This document shows positions 61,200 to 64,000 of a stretch of 64,000 nucleotides of DNA, in pieces (within the stretch, counting starts at the first letter, position 1; every line of letters begins with the position of its first letter). The notes beneath the pieces are model-generated. The model ran no database searches, was not told the DNA's origin, and was given only the letters and a program-made list of their open reading frames with translations. Made by a program: the position numbers and the translations under genes. Source of the stretch: Flexilinea sp. (lineage in GTDB: Bacteria > Bacteroidota > Bacteroidia > Bacteroidales > Bacteroidaceae); contig CAVJZJ010000003.1 in assembly GCA_963653995.1 (NCBI GenBank), positions 40,901 through 104,900 of the forward strand, in the 5' to 3' direction.

Positions 61200-61802
61200 C
61201 TATCCCAATTGTTGCAGTCTGGCGATGTACTTTCCAAGGATATCGAACTCGATATTGACAACACTTCCCTTTGCAATGTTGCAGAAATTGGTATTGTCGT
61301 GTGTGTAGGGAATGATGGCTACGGTGAAGGAATTTTCTGTCGGTTGGCAAACGGTAAGCGAAACGCCGTTGACTGTCACCGATCCCTTGTCAACGGTAAA
61401 GTATCCGCGTCGGGCCATGTCCTTGTTGTAGGCGTACGTGAAGGTGTAGTAGGTCGATCCTTCAGAATCGCTCATTTCTGTGCAGACAGCCGTACCGTCG
61501 ACGTGTCCTTGTACAATGTGACCGTCGAGCCGACCATTCATCAGCATAGAACGTTCTACGTTGACCTTATCGCCTACGCTGAGCAGACCGAGGTTTGATC
61601 GGTCGAGTGTCTCTTTCATGGCTGTCACGGTGTAGGTGTCGCCACTAATGCGTACTACGGTAAGGCACACTCCATTGTGTGCAATGCTTTGGTCTATTTT
61701 CAGTTCGTTGACAAACGAGCAGGTGAGAGTGAAGTCAAGATTTTCCTTCACCTTGTCTATTGCGACAACAGTCGCCATTTCTTCTACTATTCCAGAGAAC
61801 AT
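61200..61802 (-). CDS. ribE: Riboflavin synthase (alpha)
   Basis: MFSGIVEE, SIAHNGVCLTV, GHIVQGHVD, KGSVTVNGVSLTV, VNIEFD. Confidence 0.95.
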   Translation of the reverse strand: MFSGIVEEMATVVAIDKVKENLDFTLTCSFVNELKIDQSIAHNGVCLTVVRISGDTYTVTAMKETLDRSNLGLLSVGDKVNVERSMLMNGRLDGHIVQGHVDGTAVCTEMSDSEGSTYYTFTYAYNKDMARRGYFTVDKGSVTVNGVSLTVCQPTENSFTVAIIPYTHDNTNFCNIAKGSVVNIEFDILGKYIARLQQLG

Positions 61803-61870
61803 ATGTGGATGGGTTGTTTGTAGGTGGATACTAACTCTTTCGTCCAATCGGATGAAAGTGGGGGAAAAAG

Positions 61871-62057
61871 AAAAAGGGGTTGCCCGATGATGTGATGAAA
61901 CTCCGAGTATTCAAGATTTGAGAGTTCTCCGTCTTTGTAATCCACCGGCTATTGCTTAGTCCTTACGGATTTATGTGGCCCGCCATTGACAAAAGATACC
62001 TTCTCGGTTTTCGTTTTTAAATTGATGAGTATCCCGATCGAATCGGCACAACCCCAA
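61871..62057 (-). ncRNA. 6S-like rod-shaped RNA (resembles the Bacteroidales-1 motif)
   Basis: GGGGTTG pairs with CAACCCC-T5; internal CCGAT/ATCGG, ACTC/GAGT, GAGA/TCTC and TCTTTTGT/ACAAAGA helices around a central bubble; ~185 nt. Confidence 0.65.
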
Positions 62058-62288
62058 TACCTTTATATTTGAATGCTATGACCTCGTCTATAAGTGCCAT
62101 TCTCTACCTCTTTTCCATAGGGTGTGCAGAGCGGATGTATGAGGGTAGAGAAGACCTGTTTCCGATTGCGGTGCAAAGGTACGCTTTTCTCGTCAAACGT
62201 CCAAATTGTTTATGTCATTTTCACATTCACCGCATGATGCGAAACCGATGGGCGGAACGGGCGTAAGAATTGCCACGATAGAAATGTG

Positions 62289-62930
62289 CTATTGTATTTC
62301 AATGTGTTGCTCAAAGACATTGTCAAAGGCTTGCCGAAGTTTGGTTTTGTCTGCGATGATTGAACGGATGATTTTGATTTTCTGTTCATTGGGTGAATTG
62401 GGAATCCACAACTTGATATACCCATGGTTGGAATATTTATTCTCGCAATGGTCTACAAACCGTTGCCATTGTTCTTCCTTGTTTTTCTCTGGGTAGTGGT
62501 CGATACCATATTCTACGATGCGTGCGAATACGATGTCGGGATCCAGTTCGCGGTCGGCTTCCGCTACGATTTTTCCGTAGATGCTTCTAGGTGTGTGTGA
62601 GGCAGATGCACGGTGGTCTTCTACGGCCTCCTTCATGATTTTTATCTGTTCTTCGGTGAACCATCTGCGCAACCTCTTGTCTGCGAGCACTATCTTTCCA
62701 CTTGTGATGTGGTGGATGGCCCTCGGGCCCTCAAGTCCAAGGTCGTGATAGGCGGCGATGGCGTAGGCCATGTTGGCATCAGCCCCCAAGCGTTTGGCTA
62801 TGTCGAGCGAAGACTTGATGACCCGAGTGACGTGTGGCAGACGATGTGCCTTGTCAAAACCGGCATATTTGGGGAGAATGTTCTGCTCGACAAATTCCAT
62901 CAGGTCGAGACTTACGCTTGATGCTTCCAT
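62289..62930 (-). CDS. HD-domain phosphohydrolase
   Basis: DKAHRLPH, AAYHDLG, VEDHRAS, AEADR. Confidence 0.85.
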   Translation of the reverse strand: MEASSVSLDLMEFVEQNILPKYAGFDKAHRLPHVTRVIKSSLDIAKRLGADANMAYAIAAYHDLGLEGPRAIHHITSGKIVLADKRLRRWFTEEQIKIMKEAVEDHRASASHTPRSIYGKIVAEADRELDPDIVFARIVEYGIDHYPEKNKEEQWQRFVDHCENKYSNHGYIKLWIPNSPNEQKIKIIRSIIADKTKLRQAFDNVFEQHIEIQ

Positions 62931-63009
62931 GGGCTGTTGCTCTACATTTTATTTGCAAATGTAATGTGTTTTGGCTAATTTTGCAAGAACTATCCTAAAA
63001 ACTTGTTCC

Positions 63010-63930
63010 ATGACGGAAGATAATGTGAAAGTCAATTCGTTGCAGTCTTGGGTGTTGGCCGCCCGTCCAAAAACGCTGACTGCTGCGGCTGTGCCGGTGA
63101 TGATAGGCGTTGCATTGCATGCAGTCGGCGGACAATGGTCGGCAGACGCCATACCCGCGATATTGTGTTTTTTGTTTGCCTTTGTTCTCCAGATAGATGC
63201 CAATCTGGTCAACGACTATTTCGATTTTGCCAAAGGTACGGATGACGAGCATCGTCTTGGTCCAAAACGTGCATGTGCCCAAGGTTGGGTCACATTGCCG
63301 GCTATGCGACGGGTCATCGGTCTGACGACGGTAATGGGGTGTGCCATCGGTTTCCCTCTTGTGTTGTATGGAGGATGGGAAATGGTAGGCATCGGTGTGT
63401 TGTGTGTGTTGTTTTGTTTTCTTTATACCACTTGTCTTTCCTATATGGGGATGGGAGATGTGTTGGTGTTGGTGTTTTTCGGTCTAGTACCCGTTTGTGC
63501 TACCTATTATGTTACGGCTGCAGATGGTGCTGACCGCTTTTTGTGGTATGGCGTTATCATGGCTGTGGCATGCGGTCTTGTGGTGGATACCCTTTTGGTA
63601 GTCAATAATTACCGTGATATTGACAATGACCGACGTACAGGCAAACGTACACTGATTGTACGTATCGGTCATAGTGCCGCTGAATGGTTGTATCTCGGAT
63701 TAGGTTATGTGGCCTGTGTGCTGAATGTCGTTGTCTTGCTCAGTGTAGGGTGTAGATACACCGCTTTGCTCCTATTGGTTTATGTTGCGTTGCACACCCG
63801 TACTTATCGCAAGATGAAAAGGGTTGGGGCTGGGGCAGCGTTGAACGTCATCTTGGGGATGACGGCCCGCAACATCTTTATATATGGTCTGTTGGTCAGT
63901 GGCTGTTTGTTGTCGCTCTGTAGACCGTAA
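63010..63930 (+). CDS. menA: 1,4-dihydroxy-2-naphthoate polyprenyltransferase
   Basis: AARPKTL, NDYFDFAKGTD, VNNYRDIDND..GKRTL. Confidence 0.93.
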   Translation: MTEDNVKVNSLQSWVLAARPKTLTAAAVPVMIGVALHAVGGQWSADAIPAILCFLFAFVLQIDANLVNDYFDFAKGTDDEHRLGPKRACAQGWVTLPAMRRVIGLTTVMGCAIGFPLVLYGGWEMVGIGVLCVLFCFLYTTCLSYMGMGDVLVLVFFGLVPVCATYYVTAADGADRFLWYGVIMAVACGLVVDTLLVVNNYRDIDNDRRTGKRTLIVRIGHSAAEWLYLGLGYVACVLNVVVLLSVGCRYTALLLLVYVALHTRTYRKMKRVGAGAALNVILGMTARNIFIYGLLVSGCLLSLCRP

Positions 63931-64000
63931 TAAGGTGTGAGTCGGCGCGTTTCCTTGATTTGTTGTTGCTTTGTTTTGGCCTTTCTTGCGATTTTGCTAT

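Noticed and set aside
61803..62060. FMN riboswitch upstream of ribE
   Set aside because: RFN consensus segments are absent; the fold is a closed rod.

Overview
Chromosomal window from a Bacteroidales bacterium, most likely Prevotella-like. This is inferred from TAnnTTTG -7 promoters, a short sigma-A, GSIII, DapL, HECLGH-type DPP III and TonB receptors. Housekeeping content: rimO, ftsY, sdaA, hflX, tRNA-Lys(CTT), a TPP-riboswitch thiamine uptake operon, amtB/P-II divergent from dapF-dapL-GSIII, rpoD, proS, purA-hisS, pflBA, purD, znuAC-like genes, a DUF2723 GT-C with a deacetylase, ribE and menA. The region between hisS and purD (~32.5-51 kb) looks accessory. It carries a twin-domain aspartyl protease, an orphan sRNA candidate, a phosphatase/TonB receptor/beta-helix lipoprotein operon with a Pho-box-like site, a beta-barrel OMP, a SauUSI-like PLD-helicase-DUF3427 plus NUDIX pair and an AlkP-superfamily enzyme. 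The main unexplained structure is a ~190-bp TTA-flanked element that folds into one long hairpin (two full copies, 42-231 and 39795-39987). Isolated ends of it sit at 32544, 46676 and 51038, and the outer two bracket the whole 18.5-kb block as TTA-GTGACGGT...ACCGTCAC-TTA, with no transposase or integrase in the window. Also seen: two different 22-bp-period palindrome arrays, a 6S-like rod RNA upstream of ribE and further sRNA candidates. All calls are by-eye motif recognition; no database searches were run.
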